From: an uncultured Erysipelotrichaceae bacterium
GTDB taxonomy: Bacteria > Bacillota_I > Bacilli_A > Erysipelotrichales > Erysipelotrichaceae
Length of the DNA: 64,000 nucleotides
NCBI GenBank assembly: GCA_937900565.1
Contig: CALCFG010000136.1
Location: forward strand, 513 to 64,512
Reading direction: 5' to 3'
This document shows positions 47,499 through 56,958 of this stretch, in pieces. Below the pieces are notes generated by a model. The model was not told the DNA's origin, made no database searches, and saw only the letters and a list, made by a program, of their open reading frames with translations. The translations under genes and the position numbers were made by a program. Numbering within the stretch: the first letter of the stretch is position 1; each line of letters starts with the position of its first letter.

Positions 47499-48698
47499 AT
47501 GATTGATACAAGTAAAATTGTTGCCTTATTTGTTGAAGGTGTGATGACTTTCTTTTCACCTTGTGTTTTACCTATTATTCCACTGTATGTGGCTTATTTG
47601 ACAAACTGGGCAACAAGCCAAAATAAAGATGGGGAAAAGAAAGTTTCTTATCTTAAATTTTTATTATTAACATTGGCATTTATGGCTGGTGTGAGTGTTA
47701 TCTTTTTCGTTTTAGGATTTAGTTCATCTTTTCTATCCAAGTGGTTAACACGCTATAGTTTAGTTTTGGAATATGTGGCAGCCTTTGTCATTATCTTATT
47801 GGCTTTATATTACTTAGGTGTAATCAATGTGCCTTGGTTTAATCAAAATCATAAATTGGGCATGAAATTAGATATGAATAAAGGTGGGTATGTATCTGCT
47901 TTCTTATTGGGATTTTTATTCTCGTTTGGGTGGACGCCGTGCATTGGTCCAATGTTAGGATCGGCCTTTAGTTTAAGTTTAACGGGTGGTTCGCAAGGGG
48001 ATGCATTCCTGTATGTGATGGCTTATGCTTTAGGTTTTATGTTCATGTTTGCATTACTTGGAATAGCGAGTAAATGGGTGCTGTCTTTGCTTGAAAAAGC
48101 GAAAAATGTTATGCCAAAAATTATATTGGTTTCGGGTTTAGTAATGCTAAGCATGGGTGGTTATGTTTTCTATCAAGCCAGTGTTAAAACGGTTGCGTTG
48201 CAAGAAAATCAAGCCACTATTGGCGAAACTACCCAAACCGCACCTGAAGAAAATCTGAGTGAACCAACGGTTTTAACAATGGAAGATATTAACTTTACAT
48301 TGGAAGATAAAGATGGCAATGAAGTGAGTTTAACAGATTATAAAGGTAAAAAAACATTGGTTATGTTTTTTGGTACATGGTGTGGCTATTGTCGTATGGA
48401 AATTCCTGAATTGCAAGAATACGCTAATACGCACGATGATTTAAATATTTTATTAGTATCCCATCCAGATAGTGGCATTAATGATGAAACGAAAGCAGTC
48501 GTTGATGCATTTATGGAAGAAAATAATTATACATTGGATTATGTCTATGATGTGGGTGGTGCAGTATCCACTTACTTTACTCAAGGATCTTTCCCATCCA
48601 ATTTCTTCTTTAATTCCGATGGTACTTTACTTGGCCAATTGCCAGGTGCAATGACGCAAGATCAAATGATTGATATCATTCAAAATCAAATGCATTAA
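47499..48698 (+). CDS. fusion of a CcdA/DsbD-type thiol-disulfide transmembrane electron carrier with a C-terminal extracytoplasmic TlpA/ResA-like thioredoxin domain
   Basis: CcdA cysteines FFSPCVLPIIPLY and WTPCIGPMLG. After the last TM helix, a thioredoxin fold with KKTLVMFFGTWCGYCRME (CxxC). Confidence 0.8.
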   Translation: MIDTSKIVALFVEGVMTFFSPCVLPIIPLYVAYLTNWATSQNKDGEKKVSYLKFLLLTLAFMAGVSVIFFVLGFSSSFLSKWLTRYSLVLEYVAAFVIILLALYYLGVINVPWFNQNHKLGMKLDMNKGGYVSAFLLGFLFSFGWTPCIGPMLGSAFSLSLTGGSQGDAFLYVMAYALGFMFMFALLGIASKWVLSLLEKAKNVMPKIILVSGLVMLSMGGYVFYQASVKTVALQENQATIGETTQTAPEENLSEPTVLTMEDINFTLEDKDGNEVSLTDYKGKKTLVMFFGTWCGYCRMEIPELQEYANTHDDLNILLVSHPDSGINDETKAVVDAFMEENNYTLDYVYDVGGAVSTYFTQGSFPSNFFFNSDGTLLGQLPGAMTQDQMIDIIQNQMH

Positions 48699-48711
48699 TA
48701 TAAACTAAGTG

Positions 48712-48746
48712 AAGAATCCTATTGATTGATAATAGGATTCTTTTTT
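48712..48746 (+). terminator. rho-independent terminator
   Basis: AAGAATCCTATT-loop-AATAGGATTCTT followed by T4. Confidence 0.8.
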
Positions 48747-48977
48747 AAGGGTATTAACGTAGCTTAAATTAATTTATTAATGAAAATGAAACAATTTTAA
48801 ATTTTATTTACATTTATAATTAGAAAAATGTAAAAATTTTCATTCGGATCAAACTGGTAAAGTCGCATATTTATCGTATTGTGTAAGAATTGTGAAAATT
48901 AGAAGTTCGTTTTGTGTATAGAGTTTGTTTCAAAATAAGTAAAACTAATTTTCAAATGTGAAAAAATAACAAAAAAT

Positions 48978-49000
48978 AATTAATTGTGAAGCAATTAATT
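48978..49000. promoter_or_regulatory. 23-bp perfect inverted repeat AATTAATTG-TGAAG-CAATTAATT; candidate operator upstream of flavoprotein reductase 2
   Basis: 9-bp perfect arms with a 5-bp spacer, about 45 bp before the start codon. It overlaps a possible TTGTGA -35. Confidence 0.4.
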
Positions 49001-49042
49001 TGTTTAAAATATAGTTATCAACTTTAAGAAAGGAATTTGAAA

Positions 49043-50776
49043 ATGAAAAATACATTTAAAAAAGCCAGTATTGCATTATTAGTTGCAAGTATGGCAGCTT
49101 GTAGTAATTCAAATGGTACACAAACAAGTGCACCAGCAACTGAAGGTACAAGCGGTGAAGCAAACGTTTATGAAGCGAAAGCAACCGGATATGGTGGAGA
49201 ATTAAACGTTAAGGTAACGATTGAAGGGGAAACAATTAAAGATATCGAATTGGGTGACAATCATGAAACAAATGTTGTCATGGATCGTGCTTTCCCGGTA
49301 ATTAAAGAAAGAATTTTAGAAGCTAACTCTCCTGTAGTGGATAGCGTGAGTGCTGCGACTTTCTCTTCTTACGCTGTTAAACAAGCAGTTGCTGATGCAA
49401 TGAAACAAGCAGGTTTAACGGTTGAAGGTGAAGTTGTTAGAGAAGTGCCGACATACGAAGGTGTTGAACCAACTAAAATCGATGATGTAACAACAGATAT
49501 CGTTATTGTTGGTGGTGGTCCTGCTGGTTTAGGTGCAGCGATTGCCGCTAAACAAGAAAATGCAGATGCTAATGTTATGATTATTGAAAAATTAGATATT
49601 CTAAGTGGTAATGGTAAATTCGATATGAACTTCTTTGATATGGTAAATACTAAAGCCCAAGAAGCTGCAGGTAACCCAATGACTAAAGAAGATTTCATTG
49701 AAATGAAAAAAGAAGCTGCTGAAGGTATGGCACGTGTTGAAGTATGGGCTGAACAAGAAGCAACAATCGATGCTTGGTTACGAGATATGGGTGTGGAATT
49801 GGACTATAACTATGGTGGTGAAGGTTCAACAAGCCACATGGCAAAAGAAGACCAATACGCAGGTGAAGTAATTCAAGCTGGTTTAGAAGCTGAAGCAAAC
49901 CGTTTAGGTGTCGAAATTAGAACTGGTACCAAAGGTGAAGATTTCGTTATGGATGGCAATAAAGTAACTGGTGTTGTGGTTACAACGAATAAAAATGAAA
50001 CATATAACATCATGGCTAACAAAACTATTGTTGCTACAGGTGGATTCTGCTCTAACAAAGAATTATTAGCTGAATATGCACCAGGAAATGAAGTTATGAC
50101 AACATCTAACCAAATGGGTACAACTGGTGACTTTGTTAAAGTATTTGAAGAAAAAGGTATGAAATTAGAAAGAATGGATAAAATGTCTGTCTTCTCTAAT
50201 ATTATTGACCCTCGTCGTGATTTAACAGGTGGTGCTGATTTGAACTTATTGGTAGCAGCTGATGGAACTATTTTAAATAATAACTTAAGTGGTTTGGAAC
50301 GTTATGAAATGATTGAAAATGCAGGTGGTGCGTACTACATTACGGATAGTACTGGTTATGATTCTTTCTATCGTATTCGTAAACACGTTGGTTTAGGTTA
50401 TTACAGCCAAGGTGAAACAATTGAAGAATTAGCAACAGCTTTGGGCATTGATGGTGCTGCATTAGCTGAAAATATTGCCACATTTAATGAACAAGCAAAA
50501 GATGGTGGTGAAGTAGAAGCTTTAGATGGTGCTTCAGTTAAACGTACATTTGATGCCGAAGGGCCATACTATGGTGTAAAAGTAGTTCCTGCTAACCACA
50601 TGACTAAAGGTGGGGTTGCAGCTAATGAAAATGCCCAAGTATTGTTTGAAGATGGTAGTGTTGTCGAAGGTTTATATGCTGCTGGTGAAGTAACGAGTCA
50701 AACTGGTGCTTACAGTCAATCTGTATGTTTCGGACGAGTTGCTGGTCAACATGCTGCAGCTAACTTAAGTAAATAA
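49043..50776 (+). CDS. second extracytoplasmic lipoprotein: FMN-binding domain + FAD-dependent reductase (paralogue of 16008-17975)
   Basis: Lipobox LLVASMAACS. FMN_bind-type segment with the variant motif DSVSAAT (49340-49360). DIVIVGGGPAGLGAAIAA. C-terminal GLYAAGEVT. Confidence 0.75.
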   Translation: MKNTFKKASIALLVASMAACSNSNGTQTSAPATEGTSGEANVYEAKATGYGGELNVKVTIEGETIKDIELGDNHETNVVMDRAFPVIKERILEANSPVVDSVSAATFSSYAVKQAVADAMKQAGLTVEGEVVREVPTYEGVEPTKIDDVTTDIVIVGGGPAGLGAAIAAKQENADANVMIIEKLDILSGNGKFDMNFFDMVNTKAQEAAGNPMTKEDFIEMKKEAAEGMARVEVWAEQEATIDAWLRDMGVELDYNYGGEGSTSHMAKEDQYAGEVIQAGLEAEANRLGVEIRTGTKGEDFVMDGNKVTGVVVTTNKNETYNIMANKTIVATGGFCSNKELLAEYAPGNEVMTTSNQMGTTGDFVKVFEEKGMKLERMDKMSVFSNIIDPRRDLTGGADLNLLVAADGTILNNNLSGLERYEMIENAGGAYYITDSTGYDSFYRIRKHVGLGYYSQGETIEELATALGIDGAALAENIATFNEQAKDGGEVEALDGASVKRTFDAEGPYYGVKVVPANHMTKGGVAANENAQVLFEDGSVVEGLYAAGEVTSQTGAYSQSVCFGRVAGQHAAANLSK

Positions 50777-50798
50777 ATTCTTAGTTTTTAGTAAAATT

Positions 50799-50830
50799 AG
50801 GATCAAAGTTATCACTTTGGTCCTTTTATT
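50799..50830 (+). terminator. rho-independent terminator
   Basis: AGGATCAAAGT-TATC-ACTTTGGTCCT followed by TTT. Confidence 0.7.
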
Positions 50831-50928
50831 TATCTTAATTTTACTCGATTAAAACCGTTTCTGTTTCTACCGAGTGAAACTTGACATTTAGATTATCGTT
50901 TTTAAAACGATAGTAAAGCGGTAATACT

Positions 50929-51524
50929 ATGTTTATTGGAAGAAGCAAATAGTTAAATAAATTGATAAGGTAGTTCACAAAATAGGTATGGGTACTATGT
51001 TACTTTATGGTAGACAACGTATTGGAAAGAGTGAACTAACCAAGCAGTTGCTTAATGAATGTAATTGCAAACATATTTATTATCGCTATATTTTTCGTAA
51101 CTCACAACGAAAAATTATGGATGAAGCGATATTCTTTGACAAATATATTGCTAAAGGTTTTGAAGAAAATTATGTTCCTCATTAATTTGAGGCAATTAGT
51201 AAGCAATATCTAATTGATCGAAACATTAAAGACAATATAAACCCTATGATTGAACGAATAGGTAATATTATTATAATGTTCCGAAATGTCATCGTAATGG
51301 TGAATTTGATATTGTTACCCAAGATGAAAATGGATATATTCTGGGAAGTTAAATTTAAAAAAGATACACTTAACGAAGCAACAATACGTATTGAGATTAA
51401 TCAAGTCAAAGATATTGGATTTAATTGCTATAAATACGGATTTATATCGCTTAGTGGATTTGAATCAATAATTATCGATAATGTCATATTATTAACTTTA
51501 GATGATGTGTATTATCAAGGATAA
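50929..51524 (+). pseudogene. decayed AAA-ATPase (DUF234-type ATP-binding protein) gene
   Basis: MFIGRSK then stop. A Walker-A fragment LLYGRQRIGKSELTKQLL lies in another frame. The C-terminal fragments FEAISKQYL... and ...GEFDIVTQDENGYILGEVKFKKDTL (read across shifted frames) are separated by stops and frameshifts. Most of the middle of the gene is missing. Confidence 0.6.
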
Positions 51525-51899
51525 ATAATATTAGATTAATTAAAGGCCACGAAGGCTTTTTTTTGATGCATTGAATATACTTATGAACACTAAATATAAA
51601 AAATAGCAATTAATAAATCGGTATGATTAATAGTATGCATGCTTTCTTTAAATGGATTTAATGTTGTGATTTTTATCGGTAATGGTGAAATCATCATCCT
51701 TTGAATGATTGTGATTAATACAAAAAGCAATGACCTTATTAATAAAGCAAAGATAAGTTCAATCAGGGAACACCTCCTTATAAAAAGAAGCATTAGTAAC
51801 AGAATTGATTGATTATTACAGCTTAAGGTAGCGTAGCGAAATAATTATTAAAAAATTAAAGTTAGCTATTGCAAAACATTTACAAGCATAATACACTTA

Positions 51900-51926
51900 G
51901 TACAGATAGTACAGATAATACAGATT
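51900..51926 (+). repeat. three tandem 9-bp direct repeats GTACAGATA GTACAGATA ATACAGATT immediately upstream of the GntR gene's SD
   Basis: Read directly. The repeats abut GGAGGG (SD) and ATG 51937. Confidence 0.7.
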
Positions 51927-51936
51927 GGAGGGTACT

Positions 51937-52311
51937 ATGTTTATTATTGATGTTCAAAGTAAAGATCCAATATTTGAACAAATTAAGAAACAAATTAATC
52001 GATTCATTCAATTGGATATATTAAAGCCAGATGATCGCTTACCATCTGTCAGATCATTAGCATTGGAATTAGGTATTAATCCCAATACTGTGGCTAAGGC
52101 TTATCAAGAATTGGAAATGGAAGGTATTGTTTACACATTAACGAAGAAAGGTGTATTTATTGCTTCACGGGATAAGACAATTGCGAATAAACAATTGGTG
52201 ATAAGTAATTTTAAACAAGTCGTGCGTGAATGTAAAAATAGTGGAATGAGTAAAGATGAATTAATACAGGTGATTAATTCAGTATATGAAAAGGGTGAAG
52301 GTAATGATTGA
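51937..52311 (+). CDS. GntR-family (YtrA-subfamily, short) transcriptional regulator
   Basis: PIFEQIKKQI....G.LKPDDRLPSVRSLALELGINPNTVAKAYQELE. About 125 aa with no effector domain. Confidence 0.85.
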   Translation: MFIIDVQSKDPIFEQIKKQINRFIQLDILKPDDRLPSVRSLALELGINPNTVAKAYQELEMEGIVYTLTKKGVFIASRDKTIANKQLVISNFKQVVRECKNSGMSKDELIQVINSVYEKGEGND

Positions 52312-53191
52312 AATTAAAGGAGTAACCAAGGTATTGGGTAATAAAAAGGTATTGGATACTATCAATTTAACGATTGAGGATGGTAAGGTGTTTGGCCTTG
52401 TTGGCGTCAACGGGGCGGGAAAAAGCACGTTATTACGGTGTTTATCCGGAGTCTATAACACGGATAGTGGTGAAATACTCGTTGATGGAAAACCGGTTTA
52501 TGAAAACCCAGAAGTTAAAAAGGATATTGTCTTAATTAATGATGATCCCTATTATGGCATGAATCATACGATTGAAGATATTAAAGATTTATATCAATCA
52601 TTCTATTCATTTGATAATGAAAAGTATGAAAAATTTTTAAATCTATTTAAATTAGATCCTAAGAAATCAATTAATAATTTTTCAAAAGGAATGAAACGTC
52701 AAGTATTTATATTAATGGCATTAGCCATTGCACCAAAGATATTAATATTGGATGAAGCATTTGATGGTCTTGATCCATTTGTACGGTTAACATTTAAACG
52801 GGCACTAACGGATTTGATTGAAGCAAATGATGTAACGGTAATAATAAGTAGTCATAATTTACGGGAATTGGAAGATATTTGTGATAGTTTTGGAATCTTA
52901 GAAAATCATACGATTGCTACCAGTGGAGATATTCAATCATCCAAAGATACAATTCATAAAATTCAATTAGCATTTAATGAAGATATTACAAAAGATGATT
53001 TAAGTATGTTGGATATTATTCACTTTGAAAAAATAGGTAAAGTAATTACGTTGGTATGCAAAGGGAATATTGATGATATTAAAACAAGCTTAAATGCAAT
53101 GAATCCATTATTAATGGAAACAATTGCGATTAGTTTTGAAGAATTATTTATCTATGAAATGGAAAGAAGAGGGTATGTGAGTTATGAATAA
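52304..53191 (+). CDS. ABC transporter ATP-binding protein
   Basis: Walker A GVNGAGKSTL, signature FSKGMKRQV, Walker B ILILDEAFDGLD. Overlaps the GntR stop. Confidence 0.85.
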   Translation: MIEIKGVTKVLGNKKVLDTINLTIEDGKVFGLVGVNGAGKSTLLRCLSGVYNTDSGEILVDGKPVYENPEVKKDIVLINDDPYYGMNHTIEDIKDLYQSFYSFDNEKYEKFLNLFKLDPKKSINNFSKGMKRQVFILMALAIAPKILILDEAFDGLDPFVRLTFKRALTDLIEANDVTVIISSHNLRELEDICDSFGILENHTIATSGDIQSSKDTIHKIQLAFNEDITKDDLSMLDIIHFEKIGKVITLVCKGNIDDIKTSLNAMNPLLMETIAISFEELFIYEMERRGYVSYE

Positions 53192-54617
53192 GAAATATTT
53201 TATTTATTTGATTCAACAAAATAAACGCATTATTACGTTACTCTTTCTGTTAGGATTTGCCATTGTGCCAGTAATTACTGCGGTAAATGTAGGAAGATTC
53301 ACAGATTATCATCATTATTCCTATGATGGTTCAACGATGACTTTTATCGTTTACTTAATAATATTAATTGGCTTAACGTATTTAGTACCATTATTTAATT
53401 ACCGTTTTATTCAATATAAACGCAGTTGTGATACGTTTCTTTCATTACCAATTAAACGGAAAGAATTATTTAATACAGTCACTTTATTTTCATTAGTTGA
53501 AATGTATGTTCCATATATTTTGAATGTAATTTTAGGAAGTATTGTATTAATTGCCAAAGGGTACCCATTTCATATTATTAACTTTGTTTCTTATTTAGTA
53601 ATAAGTTTGGCGTTGGTAAGTGTACTTTACTTTGCCAATACATTTATTGTTTTAAAGTGTAATAATACGATTGATAGCATTATTTGTATGCTTGGGTATT
53701 CATTATTACCGGTATTTATATACTTTCTAAGAATTTCTTTTTTAGATTACTATACATTTGGATTAAATGATTATTACGAATTTTATTGGCATCAAAGCAT
53801 CCAATCGTTAATTGGGCATAGTTGTATTTTCTTAATGGATAGTTTTTCTGCGCCAAGTAAGGAAGTATTTGAATACGAATGGATGGCAATCTATCTTATT
53901 ATTGGTATTGCACTTGCGGCGGCTAGTAGTATAAGTTTTGTTAAACGTAAAGCAGAAGATAGTGAACAACTAACGAATAGTCGGTGGATGTATCGTTTAT
54001 TAATTCCTGTATATACCATTATTTGTATTGGCTTCTTTACTATTGAAGAAGGAATAGGTAATTACATCATTTACATAATCATTATCTTTATAGCCTATAC
54101 GATTGCTACATTTATTGCAAACCGCCAAGTTAAGTTGAGTAAATTATCGATAGTATTATTCATCACAGTAATGCTTATTACGAATGTGGGCGGATTAGTA
54201 TTTGAACATACAATTGCACCCAAACTCTCGTTAGCTTTTCCTACCAATTACGATTACATGGAATTAAATATATATACAAGCATTGGGGATTATAGTTTAA
54301 ATTCATCATATATGGAAATTAATAATGATGCAATTGTTCGGCAAGTACAAACATTACAACATCAGTTAGTGGAAGATCATTATAATGATATCCATTATGC
54401 TGATTATGATACCCATTTACATGTGGAATATTATGATCACAATAAACATTCCATTAAAAGTTTCTATTATCCGTTATCGAACGCAATGGCAAAACAAGTG
54501 TATGCGTTAGTGCTTAATAATCATCAAAAAGTTCATTGTTATGATTATTCTAAACCAGATTCAAAAGAATATGAATTGACTTTGCATCAACTAAACAAAA
54601 TATTTGCCGGTGAATGA
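53184..54617 (+). CDS. hypothetical polytopic membrane protein (putative permease partner of the YtrA-type ABC system)
   Basis: About 8 TM helices followed by a ~130-aa soluble C-terminal region. Overlaps the ATPase stop. Confidence 0.5.
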   Translation: MNKKYFIYLIQQNKRIITLLFLLGFAIVPVITAVNVGRFTDYHHYSYDGSTMTFIVYLIILIGLTYLVPLFNYRFIQYKRSCDTFLSLPIKRKELFNTVTLFSLVEMYVPYILNVILGSIVLIAKGYPFHIINFVSYLVISLALVSVLYFANTFIVLKCNNTIDSIICMLGYSLLPVFIYFLRISFLDYYTFGLNDYYEFYWHQSIQSLIGHSCIFLMDSFSAPSKEVFEYEWMAIYLIIGIALAAASSISFVKRKAEDSEQLTNSRWMYRLLIPVYTIICIGFFTIEEGIGNYIIYIIIIFIAYTIATFIANRQVKLSKLSIVLFITVMLITNVGGLVFEHTIAPKLSLAFPTNYDYMELNIYTSIGDYSLNSSYMEINNDAIVRQVQTLQHQLVEDHYNDIHYADYDTHLHVEYYDHNKHSIKSFYYPLSNAMAKQVYALVLNNHQKVHCYDYSKPDSKEYELTLHQLNKIFAGE

Positions 54618-54673
54618 TTTCATGATAGATTGCCAGTATGCGGTATACTAAAAGTAATTAGGAGTTAGAAGTT

Positions 54674-55225
54674 ATGAAAAAAGGTTTAATTTTAATGACG
54701 GATGGTGTGGAAGAATGTGAAGCATTAATGGTTGTGGATTGTGTGAGAAGAGCAAATTTACCCATTGATATGGCATCCATTAGCGATTCATTAATAGTTA
54801 CAAGTGCGCACAACATTGAATTAAAGTGTGATGTTTGTTTAAATGCTGTGGAATTAACCAACTATGATTATTTGGTTGTTCCAGGGGGTAAAGTCGGTGT
54901 CGATAATTTGGCTGCCAGTCAATTGGTTAGTGATACGATTGCTCATTTTGTCTCTAATCAACAATTGGTTGCTGCAATATGTGCTGGACCAAGTGTTATT
55001 TCACGTTTAGGTTATTTGGATGGTAAAAAATATACGGTTTACCCTGGATTTGAAAACTTTAGTGACAAAGCGATATTTACCAACACCAGTTGTGAAGTGG
55101 AAGATAATTTCATTACTGCCAATGGGTTGGGAGCAGAATTTGCTTTTATTAAGGCAATTCTATCAAATATTGCAAATGAAACCATTGCTAATCAAGTGTT
55201 AACATCCATTCAATATAAATGTTAA
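54674..55225 (+). CDS. DJ-1/PfpI-family protein
   Basis: YDYLVVPGG and the nucleophile elbow AAICAGPSV. Confidence 0.8.
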   Translation: MKKGLILMTDGVEECEALMVVDCVRRANLPIDMASISDSLIVTSAHNIELKCDVCLNAVELTNYDYLVVPGGKVGVDNLAASQLVSDTIAHFVSNQQLVAAICAGPSVISRLGYLDGKKYTVYPGFENFSDKAIFTNTSCEVEDNFITANGLGAEFAFIKAILSNIANETIANQVLTSIQYKC

Positions 55226-55231
55226 AAGTAA

Positions 55232-55256
55232 AGGCGTTACCAATACGGTAACGCCT
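55232..55256. terminator. bidirectional terminator between convergent genes
   Basis: AGGCGTTACC-AATAC-GGTAACGCCT. Confidence 0.75.
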
Positions 55257-55265
55257 AAATTGTAT

Positions 55266-56630
55266 TTAGTTTTTAAAACTATGTATTGGTGCAGGAATTC
55301 TTCCTTTTCGATGGATTAATTCAGCACATGAGAACTTATTGACAGGCATAACTGGGGCATAACCTAATAATCCACCAAAAACCACTTGTTCTCCAACATC
55401 TTTACCAACAACAGGGATAACTCTTACTGCGGTTGTTTTTTGATTAATCATTCCTATTGCCGCTTCATCGGCAATAATTCCAGAGATAGTTTCAGCACTT
55501 GTATCGCCAGGAATTGCAATCATATCCAAACCTACAGAACAAACACAAGTCATCGCTTCTAATTTTTCCAATGTTAATGCACCTGCATTTACGGCATCAA
55601 TCATACCTTGATCTTCCGATACCGGAATGAAAGCACCACTGAGCCCACCAATATAGCTACCGGCCATGACACCACCTTTTTTAACTGCGTCATTTAATAA
55701 GGCCAAACAAGCTGTAGTTCCAGGTGCTCCAACTCTTTCTAATCCCATGGCTTCTAATATATCGGCTACGCTATCGCCAATAGCGGGTGTTGGAGCTAAA
55801 GATAAATCGATAATACCAAATGGAATATTTAAAGCTTTAGAAGCTTCGTGTGCCACTAATTGACCCATTCTTGTTACTTTAAAAGCAGTTTTTTTGATTG
55901 TCTCACATAATACTTCAAAGCTTTCACCTTTAACGTTTTGCAATGCGGCATTGACTACTCCAGGTCCGGATACACCGACATTAATGATTGCGTCCGCTTC
56001 ACCAACACCATGGAAAGCACCTGCCATAAATGGGTTATCTTCAACGGCATTACAGAATACAACAAATTTAGCACAACCAATGCTGTCATTATCTTTGGTA
56101 TATTCTGCACATTGTTTAATGGTAGTTCCCATTAAACGAATGGCATCCATATTAAGTCCAGTTTTCGTAGATCCAACATTTACACTGGAACATACATTAT
56201 TGGTGAGTGCTAATGCTTTTGGAATCGAACGAATAAACATTTCTTCTGCTTCGCTCATGCCTTTATGCACTAATGCTGAATAGCCACCGATGAAATTAAC
56301 CCCGACAGCTTGCGCTACTTTATCTAATGTTTTTGCAATAGATACGTAGTCATCTTCACTTTTACAAGCAGCTTGTCCTATTAAAGCGATTGGTGTTACA
56401 GAAATACGTTTATTAACGATTGGGATTCCGTATTTGGTTTGAATCTTATCTGCTACCGGCACTAAATCATGAGCAATGCGTTCAATTTTATTAAAGATAT
56501 TTTCATTTAATTTCGTTAAATCTGAATCGATACAATCCAATAAGGAAATCCCAATAGTTATAGTACGAACATCTAAATGTTCGCTATCAATCATGGCATT
56601 GGTTTGTAATACTTCATTATGGGTAAACAT
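55266..56630 (-). CDS. UPF0210 / PFL-like family protein (DUF711)
   Basis: N-terminal [15 protein letters not shown] and overall size of about 450 aa. Paired with an upstream ACT protein, as is typical for this family. Confidence 0.7.
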   Translation of the reverse strand: MFTHNEVLQTNAMIDSEHLDVRTITIGISLLDCIDSDLTKLNENIFNKIERIAHDLVPVADKIQTKYGIPIVNKRISVTPIALIGQAACKSEDDYVSIAKTLDKVAQAVGVNFIGGYSALVHKGMSEAEEMFIRSIPKALALTNNVCSSVNVGSTKTGLNMDAIRLMGTTIKQCAEYTKDNDSIGCAKFVVFCNAVEDNPFMAGAFHGVGEADAIINVGVSGPGVVNAALQNVKGESFEVLCETIKKTAFKVTRMGQLVAHEASKALNIPFGIIDLSLAPTPAIGDSVADILEAMGLERVGAPGTTACLALLNDAVKKGGVMAGSYIGGLSGAFIPVSEDQGMIDAVNAGALTLEKLEAMTCVCSVGLDMIAIPGDTSAETISGIIADEAAIGMINQKTTAVRVIPVVGKDVGEQVVFGGLLGYAPVMPVNKFSCAELIHRKGRIPAPIHSFKN

Positions 56631-56638
56631 GTTTCCTC

Positions 56639-56911
56639 CTAAATGCGATGCATGGCATCAAAGATGGCTTCATTTTGTACGTGGATAATAACACCCAATG
56701 ATTGACCTAATGCGGATAATTCATCCACTAATTGATTAAATTGAGTGGTACTGGTACTTGTATCCACAATCATCATCATATTAAAAAAATCATCCCGTAT
56801 TGTTTGGGTAATATCTAAAATATTGATGGCATGATCCGATAGATAAGTAGTAGTTTTTGCAATAATTCCTACACAATCTTTTCCAGTTACAGTAATAATT
56901 GTCTTTGTCAT
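56639..56911 (-). CDS. ACT-domain protein (UPF0237)
   Basis: [37 protein letters not shown], about 90 aa. SD AAAGGAG. Confidence 0.7.
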   Translation of the reverse strand: MTKTIITVTGKDCVGIIAKTTTYLSDHAINILDITQTIRDDFFNMMMIVDTSTSTTQFNQLVDELSALGQSLGVIIHVQNEAIFDAMHRI

Positions 56912-56958
56912 AGCGAGTCTCCTTTTAGTAGCATTTAAGAAAAATAAGTCCAAGGGAC

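Noticed and set aside
2548-56283. Remaining short antisense ORFs embedded in large genes, e.g. 2548-2754, 3128-3460, 7790-8386, 9538-9774, 10780-11124, 16991-17179, 21385-21681, 23777-24160, 33202-33411, 39265-39603, 41110-41445, 49369-50058, 55666-56283
   Set aside because: All are fully contained in, and antisense or out of frame to, longer ORFs with clear family motifs. Their translations are low-complexity.
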